Source of the DNA: an uncultured Spirochaetota bacterium
GTDB taxonomy: Bacteria; Spirochaetota; Brevinematia; Brevinematales; JAOACQ01
DNA length: 64,000 nt
Reading direction: 5' to 3'
NCBI GenBank assembly: GCA_963783575.1
Contig: CAWAOD010000015.1
Span: 128,001 to 192,000 of the forward strand
Numbering within the stretch: the stretch's first letter is position 1; every line of letters begins with the position of its first letter. The translations under genes and the position numbers were made by a program. The notes beneath the pieces were generated by a model that ran no database searches, was not told the origin of the DNA, and worked only from the letters and a program-made list of their open reading frames with translations. Below are positions 1 through 11,024 of this stretch, piece after piece.

Positions 1-92
1 AAAACGGATTGTTCCATCGATTGCCGGCAGGAATGAATTTCTGATTTCTATTCTGTCGATGCCGGTTATATAATAACTTATGGATGTGAATT

Positions 93-1487
93 ATGATTTT
101 ATATCAGCTTCATACGATAAATGACTTTATTATGTTTGTGTTGAAAATTTATTTATTTTTGTTTAGCCTGAGTGTTATAATATTCCTATTGATTATGACA
201 CCTGAATTCATACGGCGTCTGGTTACAAAAATGAATCCTATCGCCGCAATCCTTTTCATATTAATTCTTTTTTTCTGTTTTTTTAATAGAACAAGAAATG
301 CTGTTTTACTATTTATTCTGTTTATCTTATTTGTGAATAGTCTGGTTATGTTTGGATCCATATTCCAGGCAATATTTCTTAAGGTTATAAGGAGAAAATC
401 AAAAATACCCGATAAGATGGATTATTACCCTGAAATTACCATAATTTATCCAATCAAGAATGAAAGCAATATCATTTGTAATTCCATAGATAAGGCATTT
501 GAAGTAGATTATCCGCCCGAAAAGATAAAAATAATCGTTATTGATGATAATTCGACAGACAATACGCTTGATGTCCTAAACAATTATTCAAAAAAGAACA
601 AGATTACAGTATATAAAAATGATAAAGAGCCGGGAAAAGCCAGTGCGTTGAATAATATTTTAAATAATGTAAGTACTGAATTTCTGGTTATAATGGATGC
701 CGATCATTATATGTCAAAAGATTTTTTGAAAAAAGCCCTGCCCTATTTCAAAAATCCAAAAGTCGGCCTTGTCCAGGGCATGAATTGCATTCGTAACGGC
801 GATCAATCGATCATAGCAAAATTGGTTGAACTTGAATATCATGGGCTTTATCAAGTAATGTATTATTTAAAACCTTTGCCGGCATATCTTGGAACAGGAG
901 CGGTTTTCAAAACAGAGGTATTTAAAATGACCGGTATGTTTAAAAATGACATATCGACTGAAGACTTGGAATTTAGCTTCAGAATACATCAGAATAATTA
1001 TGAAGTAATATACAGCAACAAATTTTGTACATACGAACTGGCCACTGTAAAATTAAATGAATTTTTACGGCAAAGATACAGATGGCTTAGGGGAACATGG
1101 CAGGCCGTTAAAACTCAATTCTCCAATATGATCGTTTCAAAGAACATGAATTTTCTTAAAAAATTGGATTTCTTATCTACATGTTTTTTCCCTTGCATTC
1201 TTCTTTGCTCATTCTTAATTAATGTCTATTATTTTTTCGGCTTTATTAATGTTATCTCCTGGCCGGTAAGCATGCTCTGGTTATTTTTCATAAATATTCC
1301 ATATATTTTATATTATTTTCTTGGGGTAATATTTGCAAAAAAAACTAAAATGATTCCTGTTGTACTTTTAATACCCCTTTTTTACGCTTTATATTCGATA
1401 GCCGCCTTCGAAGCAATGTTTGATGAATGGGTAATAAACAGTAATTATAAGGGTATCAAAGCAGATAGATCGGGCAGTCATTATTAA
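93..1487 (+). CDS. Family 2 glycosyltransferase, membrane-bound (cellulose/PNAG synthase-like)
   Basis: DDNSTD, GKA, MDAD (DxD), TED and QRYRW (QxxRW) motifs; N- and C-terminal TM helices. Confidence 0.9.
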   Translation: MILYQLHTINDFIMFVLKIYLFLFSLSVIIFLLIMTPEFIRRLVTKMNPIAAILFILILFFCFFNRTRNAVLLFILFILFVNSLVMFGSIFQAIFLKVIRRKSKIPDKMDYYPEITIIYPIKNESNIICNSIDKAFEVDYPPEKIKIIVIDDNSTDNTLDVLNNYSKKNKITVYKNDKEPGKASALNNILNNVSTEFLVIMDADHYMSKDFLKKALPYFKNPKVGLVQGMNCIRNGDQSIIAKLVELEYHGLYQVMYYLKPLPAYLGTGAVFKTEVFKMTGMFKNDISTEDLEFSFRIHQNNYEVIYSNKFCTYELATVKLNEFLRQRYRWLRGTWQAVKTQFSNMIVSKNMNFLKKLDFLSTCFFPCILLCSFLINVYYFFGFINVISWPVSMLWLFFINIPYILYYFLGVIFAKKTKMIPVVLLIPLFYALYSIAAFEAMFDEWVINSNYKGIKADRSGSHY

Positions 1488-1512
1488 TTTTGATTATCAA
1501 AGGAGCTGATAA

Positions 1513-2860
1513 ATGAAAAAACTGATGTTAATTCAACCGGCTATAAAACATCAATCAAAAGGATCTGCTAAATCAAAAGTCTGGGGAATGCCACCGCTTG
1601 CGCTGGCTTATGTTGCGGCCTATACACCTGGCAATTGGGATATCAGGATAATTGATGAGCTTATAGAGGAGATACCGTATGATGATAATCCTGATTTGGT
1701 TGGAATAAGTGTTTCTTTTACAACAAGCGCTCCCAGGGCATACCAGATCGCTGAAGAATTCAGAAAGAAAGGCATTCCCGTCATATTAGGAGGCATTCAT
1801 GTTTCCATGATACCTGATGAAGCGCTTAATTATGCGGATGCAATTGTCATAGGAGAGGCGGAATCGAATCTGGAAAACCGTTATCTCTGATTTTGAGGAA
1901 GGAAAATTAGGGAAAAAATATTTCGGTCAAAGGCTTCCTCTGGACAATCTCCCCCTTCCCAGAAGAGATTTGCTGTCTGATAAATATGAACTGGACATTA
2001 TTCAGACCACACGGGGATGTCCTTTTAACTGTGAATTCTGTTGTGTCACCGCATTCAACGGATCTTCCTACCGGCAGAGACCAGTTGAAGATGTTTTAAA
2101 TGAGATATCTCTTATCAAAACAAATGTATTCCATATCATCGATGATAATATTCTGGGGTTCGGCAAAGAGGCGGAACAGCGGGCTATCAGACTGTTTAAA
2201 GGAATGATCGATAGAAAATTCAATAAGTTCTGGAACTCGATGGCATCCGTTAACATTGCCGATAATGAAGAGGTGTTAAGATATGCTTTTAAAAGCGGAT
2301 GCCGCAGTTTATATATCGGCTTCGAATCCATCAATCCAGACAGTTTGAAGGAAATGAGAAAAGGAATAAACCTTAAAGCCGGGATATCAGGCTTCAAAAC
2401 TGCCATAAATAAAATTCATCGGCATGGCATCAGTATAAATGGAGGATTCATTATCGGTAATGATAATGATAATCCCAAAATATTCAGGGAACTGAATGAA
2501 TTCATGAAAGAAACGGATAATTTTGCCATAAACTTCCTGACGCCTCATCCGGGTACACGATTGTTTGACCGGTTAAAAAAAGAAGATCGTATTATTTATA
2601 ACCGTTATCCTAATGATTGGCAACGATATACTAACGAACAAATTGTCATAAAACCTAAAAATATGTCCGTTGATGATCTGTCCCACGGATATTTGTATCT
2701 TGTCAATAAAAGATTTTCCAGGAAAGCCATTTATTTACAGTGTTTGAAAACTTTAATCAGGACAAGAAATTTGAAATCAGCTTTATTTTCCTATTTTACA
2801 AACAAAAGATCATGGAAAGATCTTATACATGATCGAGATTTTGAGAATATCGGCAGGTAA
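1513..2860 (+). CDS. B12-binding radical SAM protein (class B-like), split by a frameshift near 1867
   Basis: ORF 1513-1890 is a B12-binding domain (PPLALAYVAA, ILGGIH, IGEAE); ORF 1970-2860 has TRGCPFNCEFC. Removing one A near 1867 gives a continuous GEAESIWKTVISDFEEG...LPLPRRDLL read. Confidence 0.85.
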
Positions 2861-2867
2861 AAATGAT

Positions 2868-4184
2868 ATGGACAAAGAAAAAAAATACTATCCGTTGACT
2901 AGTTATCAAAAAATTATATATTATGGAGAGATGTCGCTGCCGGGTATTCCAACCCAAAACTTTTTATGCAGCATGAAATTGGGCAGTGAAATAGATTTAT
3001 CAATTCTGGAAAAAGTAATTAATTTAATTATTTTAAAGAACGATAGCTTTCGTTTAAGATTTAAAACAGATAAAGGAATAAAGTATTTATTCAAGAAGTT
3101 GAATTTTTTTAAAAGATGCACCTATGTAAAGCAGTATGTTTCAGAATACGAGGAAAAAAAATTTGAATTCTATGAATTGAGTTCAGAATATGCCGAATGG
3201 GTCAAACTCCAATCAATTAAGTTGTTTGATCTTTATGATTCGGACTTATACTCTTTTATTTTTCTGAAATTAAATACCGGAGAATATGTTGTCTTTCTTC
3301 GCATTCATCACATAATAACCGACGGATGGTCATTAAATCTTGTAATCAGCCAGATAGGCGAATATTATACAAAAATAAAAAATGGATTACTCATTGATTT
3401 GCATCCAAATCCTTCTTATATTGATTTGATATTAAAAGAAGAAAAATATCAGAAAACAGATAAGTTTCGCAATGATAAGAAATTGTTATTTGAAAAATTT
3501 AAAAATGCCCCTGAATCTGCACTATTTAAAAAGAAAATGAATCATAGAGGTAATTGTAATTATAAGACATTTATATTATCCCCTGATATAACAAAGATAA
3601 TATATAAACTCTGTGAAAATGTATTCATATATCCTTTAATTTTATTTACAGCGGCTATAGTCCGTTTGATTAAAAGTAAAACCAATATTAATGATATTAT
3701 ATTGATAATGCTTTATCATAACAGGGTTAGTAAACAGGAAATGGAAACTACCGGCATGTATAGCAAAGCAATACCCATGCGTATCAAATTGGGAGAAAAA
3801 ATGAATTTAAAAATGCTTAGCAATAAAATTTTTGCAGAATATAAATTTTCTATAAATCATGGGCAAGAAGCGGCCATTATGAATTTATTAGAAAACGGCA
3901 ATAAATTCTATCGAAACGCTATCTTGATTTCAAGTGAAAAATATCCTTCGGATAATACAGGCATTGTTAAATCCATTGAATTTCATGACCTCGGTTATGT
4001 GTCCAATCCATTGATCTTTCAGATTAATGATTACAATCAGGCAGGATTCAAACTGAAATATGAGTATCAAACAAATTATTTTTCAGATATAGAAATTGAT
4101 GATTTACAAAGGGAGATAGAAAATATTATTATTCAATTTGGGAAAGGAGAATTGGATATTTCTAATCGCATTAATCAAATTTAA
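2868..4184 (+). CDS. Stand-alone NRPS-type condensation domain protein
   Basis: YPLTSYQ (C1 motif), NDSFRLRF, catalytic HHIITDG (HHxxxDG); about 440 aa with no A or T domain. The ORF track starts at 2829; ATG 2868 avoids overlap with the upstream gene. Confidence 0.85.
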   Translation: MDKEKKYYPLTSYQKIIYYGEMSLPGIPTQNFLCSMKLGSEIDLSILEKVINLIILKNDSFRLRFKTDKGIKYLFKKLNFFKRCTYVKQYVSEYEEKKFEFYELSSEYAEWVKLQSIKLFDLYDSDLYSFIFLKLNTGEYVVFLRIHHIITDGWSLNLVISQIGEYYTKIKNGLLIDLHPNPSYIDLILKEEKYQKTDKFRNDKKLLFEKFKNAPESALFKKKMNHRGNCNYKTFILSPDITKIIYKLCENVFIYPLILFTAAIVRLIKSKTNINDIILIMLYHNRVSKQEMETTGMYSKAIPMRIKLGEKMNLKMLSNKIFAEYKFSINHGQEAAIMNLLENGNKFYRNAILISSEKYPSDNTGIVKSIEFHDLGYVSNPLIFQINDYNQAGFKLKYEYQTNYFSDIEIDDLQREIENIIIQFGKGELDISNRINQI

Positions 4185-4440
4185 TAAACTTTAAATTAAT
4201 TGCCTTTTATCAAACTTTTTCAAGCAATTTATTAATAATTTCGGTTTTTGTAAAAAGTTTTTCTTGAATATTAGATATTAATGTGGTAAAATTTTTTCTC
4301 GGTTATTATTTGTTGTTATACAAAAATCTTTTGATTTTTTTAATTAATATTAACCCAAATTTATATTAATTTGGAGATTAATTGGTGATTCAGATATACT
4401 CAAGGATTTGAAATTGGCTGCAAATATAAGAGGTATAGTT

Positions 4441-4692
4441 ATGGTTGAGAAGATCATCGATATTTTATGTGAGATAAAAGGTGATAACAGTCTGAAAGGG
4501 AACCTGAATGCAAGTTCCAGCATAATAAGCGATGTTGGCCTGGATTCTCTTCAAATGATTACTTTTATTCTTAGGCTGGAAGATGAGTTTAATGTTGTAT
4601 TAGACTTTAATGGACTTGATCTGGCAAATTTAAAGAGGATCGATAGTGTCTGTAAGATTATTGAAGAAGCTATGTCGGTTGGACAGGCATAA
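4441..4692 (+). CDS. Acyl/peptidyl carrier protein
   Basis: 83 aa, acidic, GLDSLQM phosphopantetheine motif, LEDEF; GAGG upstream of ATG 4441. Confidence 0.9.
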   Translation: MVEKIIDILCEIKGDNSLKGNLNASSSIISDVGLDSLQMITFILRLEDEFNVVLDFNGLDLANLKRIDSVCKIIEEAMSVGQA

Positions 4693-6047
4693 TGGCAAGC
4701 ATGAATAGAAAACTGGTAATGGGTGTATTCGATTCCGAAAAATTCTGGCGTGATAATAATGCGGCGTCATTGCCAGCGATCTTTGACAGCAGCAGTGCTA
4801 ATATAATAAATGCAATGGATGAATTACTGTTTCCCTTTTGCGCTGAAAACGGCGTACTGATAACAGGAAAGAAGATGAACAACTTCCATAAGAATTATTT
4901 AAATCAAATAGGTTTTGCCTTTACCTGTAATTCAGAAAATCTGGATGACTATGCCGAGAATAGCGGCGGTGTTAAAAACAATATTTTTGAAGCGGCGGCC
5001 TTAAAAAGCAATTTCTCCAAAATAGAAAAACTTATCGATGCCGATACCTATCTCTCTCCATATGCAGTAATTCCCTATACTCTTGAGATGTGCTATACTC
5101 AAAAAATAAAATATTCCCTGCCTGAACTTAAGCATGTAAAAGCTGTAAATTCAAAAATATATTCAAACACATTAAAAGCAAAACTTGGGTTGAACTCTGT
5201 TGGAGAGGTTGTATATGACTGCGGACAGCTTGTCGGTAAGGGTCTTGAAATGCTTAAGAACGGCGCTTTTCTTATAAAAGACGAATATGGGGTGTCTGGT
5301 AAAGGTAATATCTTAATTACATCGGAAAAACTTTTATTAAGGATAGCCGGGTATCTTAAAAAGCAGGAAGACAGTCAAATGCATATCAGGTTTGTGCTGG
5401 AACCTCTTTTAGATAAACAGCTTGATTTTTCATGCAATATCATTTCAACTGCCGATGGAAATATCTATATTGACAGTGTTCAAAAGATAATAAACATCAA
5501 TTTTAATTATGCAGGTACTTGCAGTATTGGAGAGGAATTATACGGATTTTTAGAAGAAAAGGGCTACTTTAAAACGATGGAAAAAATAGCGGGAGAATTG
5601 TATAAAGACGGATATTTCGGAGAAATAGGCATTGATTCGATGATGCTCAAAGATGGAAATATAGTACCTATAATTGAGATAAATGCAAGAAAAACAATGG
5701 GGATGGTGCACCAACGTATTAATATTTATCTTAAAAATTTCGGTTTGGAAGGGCAATTGACTTTTTATTCCCTTGGTTATACCCATACGTTTAAATTTGA
5801 ACAACTTCTTTCAAAAATGAAGGAATATAAAATCCTGTTTGATCCCGAAGCGGAAAAAGGAATTATTCCCCTGTCAGCCAATACTTTACTGATAAATAGC
5901 TATGTCGCTGATAATAATACAGGCGGCCAGGAGATATTTAAGGGAAGGTTCTATTATTTTGCCGTGGCGAAAACAGAGGAAGAGAGAGCTGAACTGATTC
6001 TAAAAACATGCGAATTATTCAAATCTTCAGGATTTAAAATATATTGA
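4692..6047 (+). CDS. ATP-grasp-like ligase
   Basis: LIKDEYGVSGKGN, LEPLL and GEIGIDSM...EINAR ATP-grasp motifs; start overlaps the ACP stop codon (TAATG). Confidence 0.75.
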   Translation: MASMNRKLVMGVFDSEKFWRDNNAASLPAIFDSSSANIINAMDELLFPFCAENGVLITGKKMNNFHKNYLNQIGFAFTCNSENLDDYAENSGGVKNNIFEAAALKSNFSKIEKLIDADTYLSPYAVIPYTLEMCYTQKIKYSLPELKHVKAVNSKIYSNTLKAKLGLNSVGEVVYDCGQLVGKGLEMLKNGAFLIKDEYGVSGKGNILITSEKLLLRIAGYLKKQEDSQMHIRFVLEPLLDKQLDFSCNIISTADGNIYIDSVQKIININFNYAGTCSIGEELYGFLEEKGYFKTMEKIAGELYKDGYFGEIGIDSMMLKDGNIVPIIEINARKTMGMVHQRINIYLKNFGLEGQLTFYSLGYTHTFKFEQLLSKMKEYKILFDPEAEKGIIPLSANTLLINSYVADNNTGGQEIFKGRFYYFAVAKTEEERAELILKTCELFKSSGFKIY

Positions 6048-6065
6048 AATCAAGGGAGAAATAAA

Positions 6066-7154
6066 ATGAAAGATCATACTGTTACTATATTAGCTTCAGG
6101 CGTGGCACTCGGGGTATATTTACCTGCATTAATACTGGAATATCAGCTGAAAAAAAGAGGGTTGAATACAGATATCGCGGTCATAGAAAATCTTGTCGAA
6201 GAGGAAAAGAAAAATAGAATTCTGGTCAATAAGAAGGCCTTTCATGAAAATTTCAGGCTGGCTTTGAAGGGAAGGAAGATGATGAAAGACATGTCGTCCA
6301 GCTTCGATAAAGCCTTGAAATCCGAATTGTTCGATACATGGAAAAAATCGGATAGAAGATATTTTATGACTTATTCGGGTTATTGGGTACCTATTCTGGA
6401 AGAATACAGAGAAATAAGCGGTATAAATATCAATGTTGACGTCATTAATATCGACGCCGATATCTGCCAATCGATGAGCCATTTTACCGACATAATATTC
6501 AGCAAATACAGACAAATCTGGCTGTGGAGCTGGAAAGACAGGCGGCTGGATTATGAAGTTCCGGTAACGGATCAAAAACCCGTAGAGTATTCAAAAAGGA
6601 ACGGCAGGCTGGTCATTCATGGCGGAGGATGGGGTATGGGTACGTATAAAATCAAAATATCCGAACTTGAAAGCAAAGGTTATAATCTTGATATAGTCGC
6701 TTATTACCCCGAAGAAATCGATTACGGAAATAAACGAAGGTATTTTATGATCGAGCCCGGTTGGTCGCCATGGATGAAAAACAAAAACGGCCGCCATGAA
6801 TTTCCGCCGATGTCGGAAATCAAGCAGGGCGAAAACCCTGTTTATAAAAACAAAGAATGCTATCACGAGCTGTTCGACACAATACGGGAGGCTGGAGCGA
6901 TCATAAGCAAGCCTGGCGGCAGCACATTGGCAGATTCGCTCGCTTCGGCAACGCCTCTTGTTACATTAGAACCGTTCGGCGAAGCTGAAGAAAAGAATTC
7001 CGGGATATGGGAATATCTCGGTTTTGGCATATCATATGAAAATTGGGAGAAATCGGGCTTTTCAGTGGATGTACTGGAAAAGCTTCATTTAAACCTCATC
7101 AACAAAGGCAAGACAATCGATTATCCTGAATTTTTCAGTAAAAATATTTCATAG
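6066..7154 (+). CDS. GT-B fold glycosyltransferase-like protein
   Basis: HGGGWGMG and IISKPGGSTLADSL resemble the C-terminal donor-binding motif of GT28/MGDG-synthase-like enzymes. Confidence 0.7.
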   Translation: MKDHTVTILASGVALGVYLPALILEYQLKKRGLNTDIAVIENLVEEEKKNRILVNKKAFHENFRLALKGRKMMKDMSSSFDKALKSELFDTWKKSDRRYFMTYSGYWVPILEEYREISGININVDVINIDADICQSMSHFTDIIFSKYRQIWLWSWKDRRLDYEVPVTDQKPVEYSKRNGRLVIHGGGWGMGTYKIKISELESKGYNLDIVAYYPEEIDYGNKRRYFMIEPGWSPWMKNKNGRHEFPPMSEIKQGENPVYKNKECYHELFDTIREAGAIISKPGGSTLADSLASATPLVTLEPFGEAEEKNSGIWEYLGFGISYENWEKSGFSVDVLEKLHLNLINKGKTIDYPEFFSKNIS

Positions 7155-7193
7155 GCATTTATCCGGATTTGCAAAATAAGGGAGAAGCATAAG

Positions 7194-8366
7194 ATGCAGC
7201 CAAAAACTAAAGTTGAATTTGATGAGAAAACATTCGATCGAATAAAGAGAACCATCAGAAATATGTCGACGGCGTCGCGGGAAAGACAATCAAAGCCTGA
7301 TTTCGCAACAAGGCTCCCCGACGAAGTGGGCATTCAGCTAACCAACCGGTGCAATCTGAGATGCAAACATTGCTACCAGTGGAGCGATGAGGGGCATCAT
7401 AAGAATATGGATTTGAGCAAACAAAAAATGGACCTGGATTTTGGAATTATTGAAAAAATATTTTCTGAAACAAAGGATGTAAAATCAAATTTATATGTAT
7501 GGGGAGGGGAGCCTCTCTGTTATGAAAACTGGGATAGATTCTGCGACCTTCTGGCAAGAGACCCGAGATGGACCGTTCTTTGTACAAATGCCACAGGAAT
7601 TGAGGACAACCTTGATTCATTATTGAAAGTATCCGAAAATCTTGCGGCTTTGATAAGCCTGGACGGATTTGAAGAGGAGAACGACGCCGTCAGGGGGAAA
7701 GGCGTGTTTAAAAAAGTGATAAACGGAATCGACGCATTGCTTGATTGCAAGGGGAAGGGCACTTTCAAGGGTGAGGTTTCTGTCAACTGTGTAATTACCG
7801 ATAGTATGGTAGGCAAGCTTTATGACTTTTTAGAGTATTTTGAGGAAAAAGGGGTAAATACTGTATATTTCTGCTTCACTTGGTATATTCCGGAAAATAT
7901 TTGTTTGGAAATGGATAAATATTTTGAAGAAAAGTTCAATTGGCTGCCAGGCTATAATAAGAACAGGAAAAACAGTTGGCATTCTTATACATATAACCTA
8001 AATCATGGACTGATTGAAAAGCTTAAAAGGGACATGCAAAAGATAAACAGCAGGGAATGGAATATAAGGGTCAGGTATCAGCCTGCCCTGGAAATGGATG
8101 AAGTTGAGAGTTTCATAACCGGGGGTGGAAAGGCGATACAGCATAGAAAATTATGCCTTGCGGCGTCAAATCGTATGAATGTCAGTGCCGACGGCACGGT
8201 TACTGTCTGTAAAATGTTCCCTGAATTCATTGTCGGTAACCTGAATGAACGCAGTGTATATGAATTATGGAACAGTGAGGAATTTAAAAAAGCAAGATTG
8301 ATTATAAGCCAGGGTTTGATGCCGATATGCACGAAGTGCATACTTTTATACCTGCATGGAAGGTAA
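7194..8366 (+). CDS. Radical SAM protein with SPASM/twitch C-terminal domain
   Basis: CNLRCKHC, GGEP, SLDG; C-terminal C...ADGTVTVC...GNL...CTKC. Confidence 0.9.
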   Translation: MQPKTKVEFDEKTFDRIKRTIRNMSTASRERQSKPDFATRLPDEVGIQLTNRCNLRCKHCYQWSDEGHHKNMDLSKQKMDLDFGIIEKIFSETKDVKSNLYVWGGEPLCYENWDRFCDLLARDPRWTVLCTNATGIEDNLDSLLKVSENLAALISLDGFEEENDAVRGKGVFKKVINGIDALLDCKGKGTFKGEVSVNCVITDSMVGKLYDFLEYFEEKGVNTVYFCFTWYIPENICLEMDKYFEEKFNWLPGYNKNRKNSWHSYTYNLNHGLIEKLKRDMQKINSREWNIRVRYQPALEMDEVESFITGGGKAIQHRKLCLAASNRMNVSADGTVTVCKMFPEFIVGNLNERSVYELWNSEEFKKARLIISQGLMPICTKCILLYLHGR

Positions 8367-8485
8367 AGTTCTAAAACTCACGCGGCGGAGTATTTTGTGC
8401 CGCAAGGAAGAAATTTTGCGCTCATCCCCGCAGTACACATTCGACAGGTTCAGTGCAAGAACAGCGGGGTATTTGCACAAGACGA
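8367..8485. repeat. GC-rich palindromic intergenic element (REP-like)
   Basis: gcggc...gccgc and ccccgc...gcgggg stems; contains ttcgacaggttcag, similar to the REP-like motif interrupted by the IS at 43870. Confidence 0.4.
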
Positions 8486-8501
8486 AATAAAAGGAGGAAG
8501 C

Positions 8502-10028
8502 ATGAAGAAAAAGAGTTTTCAGAGCTTCATGGTTTCGTATCCATTTATAATTTGGACAATCATCACTATTATTGCTTTTGTTTTTTTGTTCATCGGCATC
8601 AACCAAGAAAGCATTTGGACTGACGAGGCATTCACAGCTACGATAATTCAGCATAGTTTTACCGGAATCATTTATAATACTGGCGGAGATATGCATCCGC
8701 CACTGTATTATTTTCTTCTTAAATTGTTCACAATTATTTTCGGTACATCCGAGATTGCTCTTAGGTCTTTTTCAGTTATGGGAGCTGTCGCGACAATCTG
8801 GCTCGGTGCAGGTCCTATAAGAAGACTTTTCGGACTTAAAATAGCCCTTATCTTTACTGGATTCATAATTGTTTTACCAGTAACACTAGTGTATTCGCAT
8901 GAGGTTCGTATGTATTCATGGGCTGCTTTTTTCACACTTTCCGGCATTATATACGGTTATTCTTCGGTCATAACCAATAGAAAAAAAGACTGGGCCCTTT
9001 TTGCCGTTTTTACTCTTGCAGGAATGTATACACATAATTATTCTCTGTTAGCACTTTTTTTTGGGTTTGTTATCCTCTTTATATATATTCTTATAAAAGC
9101 GAAGGACAGGATATTGCCATACTTAGTAACCGCCGGATGCATATTTTTAATGTATCTACCCTGGTTTTTCGTATTATTGAATCAAACCGCCTCAGTTATT
9201 AAAGGTATCTGGATTCCTCCCGTCGGAATTCCGGATGTGCTGTATGCATTTATGGCACCCTTTGAAACCAAGTGGGAGTTCGGATTCTCTTTTATATTTA
9301 TGATATCCGCTTTTTTATTATGTTTATCCATAATCGCTTATGGTATCATAGAAAATATAAAGAGAAAAAATACAGAGAAAGCAAAGGCGACAATTTTTTT
9401 TATACTGATATATTTTCTTACTCTCTGTTTTGCAACGCTGTTTTCAATATTCATAGTTCCCATAATGTTTTACAGATATATGTCCATTTGTTCCGGATTG
9501 TTTCTATTGTCAGTTATTCTGGGCATTGATTCCCTGAAGCAGTTGAACGTCCAAACGGTTTTATGCATTATTCTTATCCTCCTCATCCTGCCGGTTGACA
9601 TATTAATTCAAACACAAAAGTTTAACGGACCGGCCCGGGAAATTGCCGAAGAAGTAAAGCAGAGGATGCGGCCGGATGACGCCTTGATTTATAATAGTTG
9701 TCATTCGGCCTTTCCTTTATGGTATTATATACCTAAAGCGACCCATGTCTTTCTTCTTCCCTCTAGCAATAGCCCCCCGGCTTTGGATCCGAAATTCTTT
9801 CAAGCGGATACGCTGGATATCACCGGTCTTTCCGAACTCATCGGTAAGAAAAAGAGGATATGGATTATCAACAGTATAAACAAATATAATAGCAGCGAAA
9901 GTCCCCGCATTAATCCCGATGTTCTTATACAGGCGGGTTACGAGAAAAAATACGTTATAAATGAATATGACTATCCGTTTTCATGGCTGAAGCTAAGCGG
10001 TGAGTATTTTGTTATGCCGGACAATTAA
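8502..10028 (+). CDS. GT-C fold membrane glycosyltransferase (ArnT/PMT-like)
   Basis: SIWTDE, DMHPPLYY, EVRMY and THNY motifs; many TM helices; AGGAGG upstream of ATG 8502. Confidence 0.85.
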   Translation: MKKKSFQSFMVSYPFIIWTIITIIAFVFLFIGINQESIWTDEAFTATIIQHSFTGIIYNTGGDMHPPLYYFLLKLFTIIFGTSEIALRSFSVMGAVATIWLGAGPIRRLFGLKIALIFTGFIIVLPVTLVYSHEVRMYSWAAFFTLSGIIYGYSSVITNRKKDWALFAVFTLAGMYTHNYSLLALFFGFVILFIYILIKAKDRILPYLVTAGCIFLMYLPWFFVLLNQTASVIKGIWIPPVGIPDVLYAFMAPFETKWEFGFSFIFMISAFLLCLSIIAYGIIENIKRKNTEKAKATIFFILIYFLTLCFATLFSIFIVPIMFYRYMSICSGLFLLSVILGIDSLKQLNVQTVLCIILILLILPVDILIQTQKFNGPAREIAEEVKQRMRPDDALIYNSCHSAFPLWYYIPKATHVFLLPSSNSPPALDPKFFQADTLDITGLSELIGKKKRIWIINSINKYNSSESPRINPDVLIQAGYEKKYVINEYDYPFSWLKLSGEYFVMPDN

Positions 10029-10105
10029 TGAAAATTGAAAACAATATAAATCGCCGTATTCAGTGGTTTAGGAGCAGCAATAAAATATTAGAGGAGGGAC
10101 AATCT

Positions 10106-11017
10106 ATGAACGATCCTGTGTATGATATCTGGCTTCATTGGATTGTAACATTACGCTGTAATCTGGATTGTAAATATTGTTTTTTTAATCCTGCTAAAAA
10201 AAAAGGCACCATACATGGCATAAAAATAGATATGGTGTTAAAAACACTCCGGGAAACAGGTAAAACATATAAAATATATTTTAGCGGCGGGGGAGAGCCT
10301 TTCCTGGTCCCGAATATCATTGATGCTTGCTTAGCATTATCCGGAGAGCATTATATTGCTTTTAATACCAATCTCATTTCAAGTCATATTAAAGAATTTT
10401 CAGAAAAAATAAGCCCTGAAAGAACCATTTTTATTCAGGCGGCATTTCACTATGAGCAGTTGAAAAAAAAGAACCTTGTAGAACTGTTTTTATCAAATTA
10501 CCAAATGCTTAAAGACAGGGGATTTAATGTTAATATTGTTATGGTAGCTTATCCGGAGCTTATGAGTTCTCTTGTTGAAATCTCTGATTTATTTCAATCC
10601 CGTAATCTTTCCTTTTCTTTTATTGAATTCATTGGAAATTATAATGGGAAGAAATACCCGAAAAGTTACACTATGGAAGAGCGGAAAATAATGAATCTTA
10701 GTGATGATTCACGGATTTATTTTCAAAAGAATAAAATCTGTAATGCGGGGTTTAATTGCGCTATGGTTTCTCCTTCCGGCAGTGTATGGCCATGTTCCAG
10801 TCTTGGTCCATCGCTTGGGAATGTCTACAATAAAATAAATTTCAATAAAAGCAATATACTCTGCCCCTTTCATTTCTGTTTATGCCCCATGAATGCTTAT
10901 GATGATTATCTATTTGAGAAAAGCATTAAGGAAGCTCGGTCAGAGCCCATAAAATACAATCAGTTATTTTGTAATCTTCGTAAGATAGGAACACGTTTCA
11001 ACATGCTGCCGAAATAA
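10106..11017 (+). CDS. Radical SAM protein with twitch-like C-terminus, paralog 1
   Basis: CNLDCKYC, GGGEP, CNAG...WPC...CPFHFCLC; GGAGG upstream of ATG 10106 (ORF track starts at 10028). Confidence 0.85.
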   Translation: MNDPVYDIWLHWIVTLRCNLDCKYCFFNPAKKKGTIHGIKIDMVLKTLRETGKTYKIYFSGGGEPFLVPNIIDACLALSGEHYIAFNTNLISSHIKEFSEKISPERTIFIQAAFHYEQLKKKNLVELFLSNYQMLKDRGFNVNIVMVAYPELMSSLVEISDLFQSRNLSFSFIEFIGNYNGKKYPKSYTMEERKIMNLSDDSRIYFQKNKICNAGFNCAMVSPSGSVWPCSSLGPSLGNVYNKINFNKSNILCPFHFCLCPMNAYDDYLFEKSIKEARSEPIKYNQLFCNLRKIGTRFNMLPK

Positions 11018-11024
11018 AAAACAA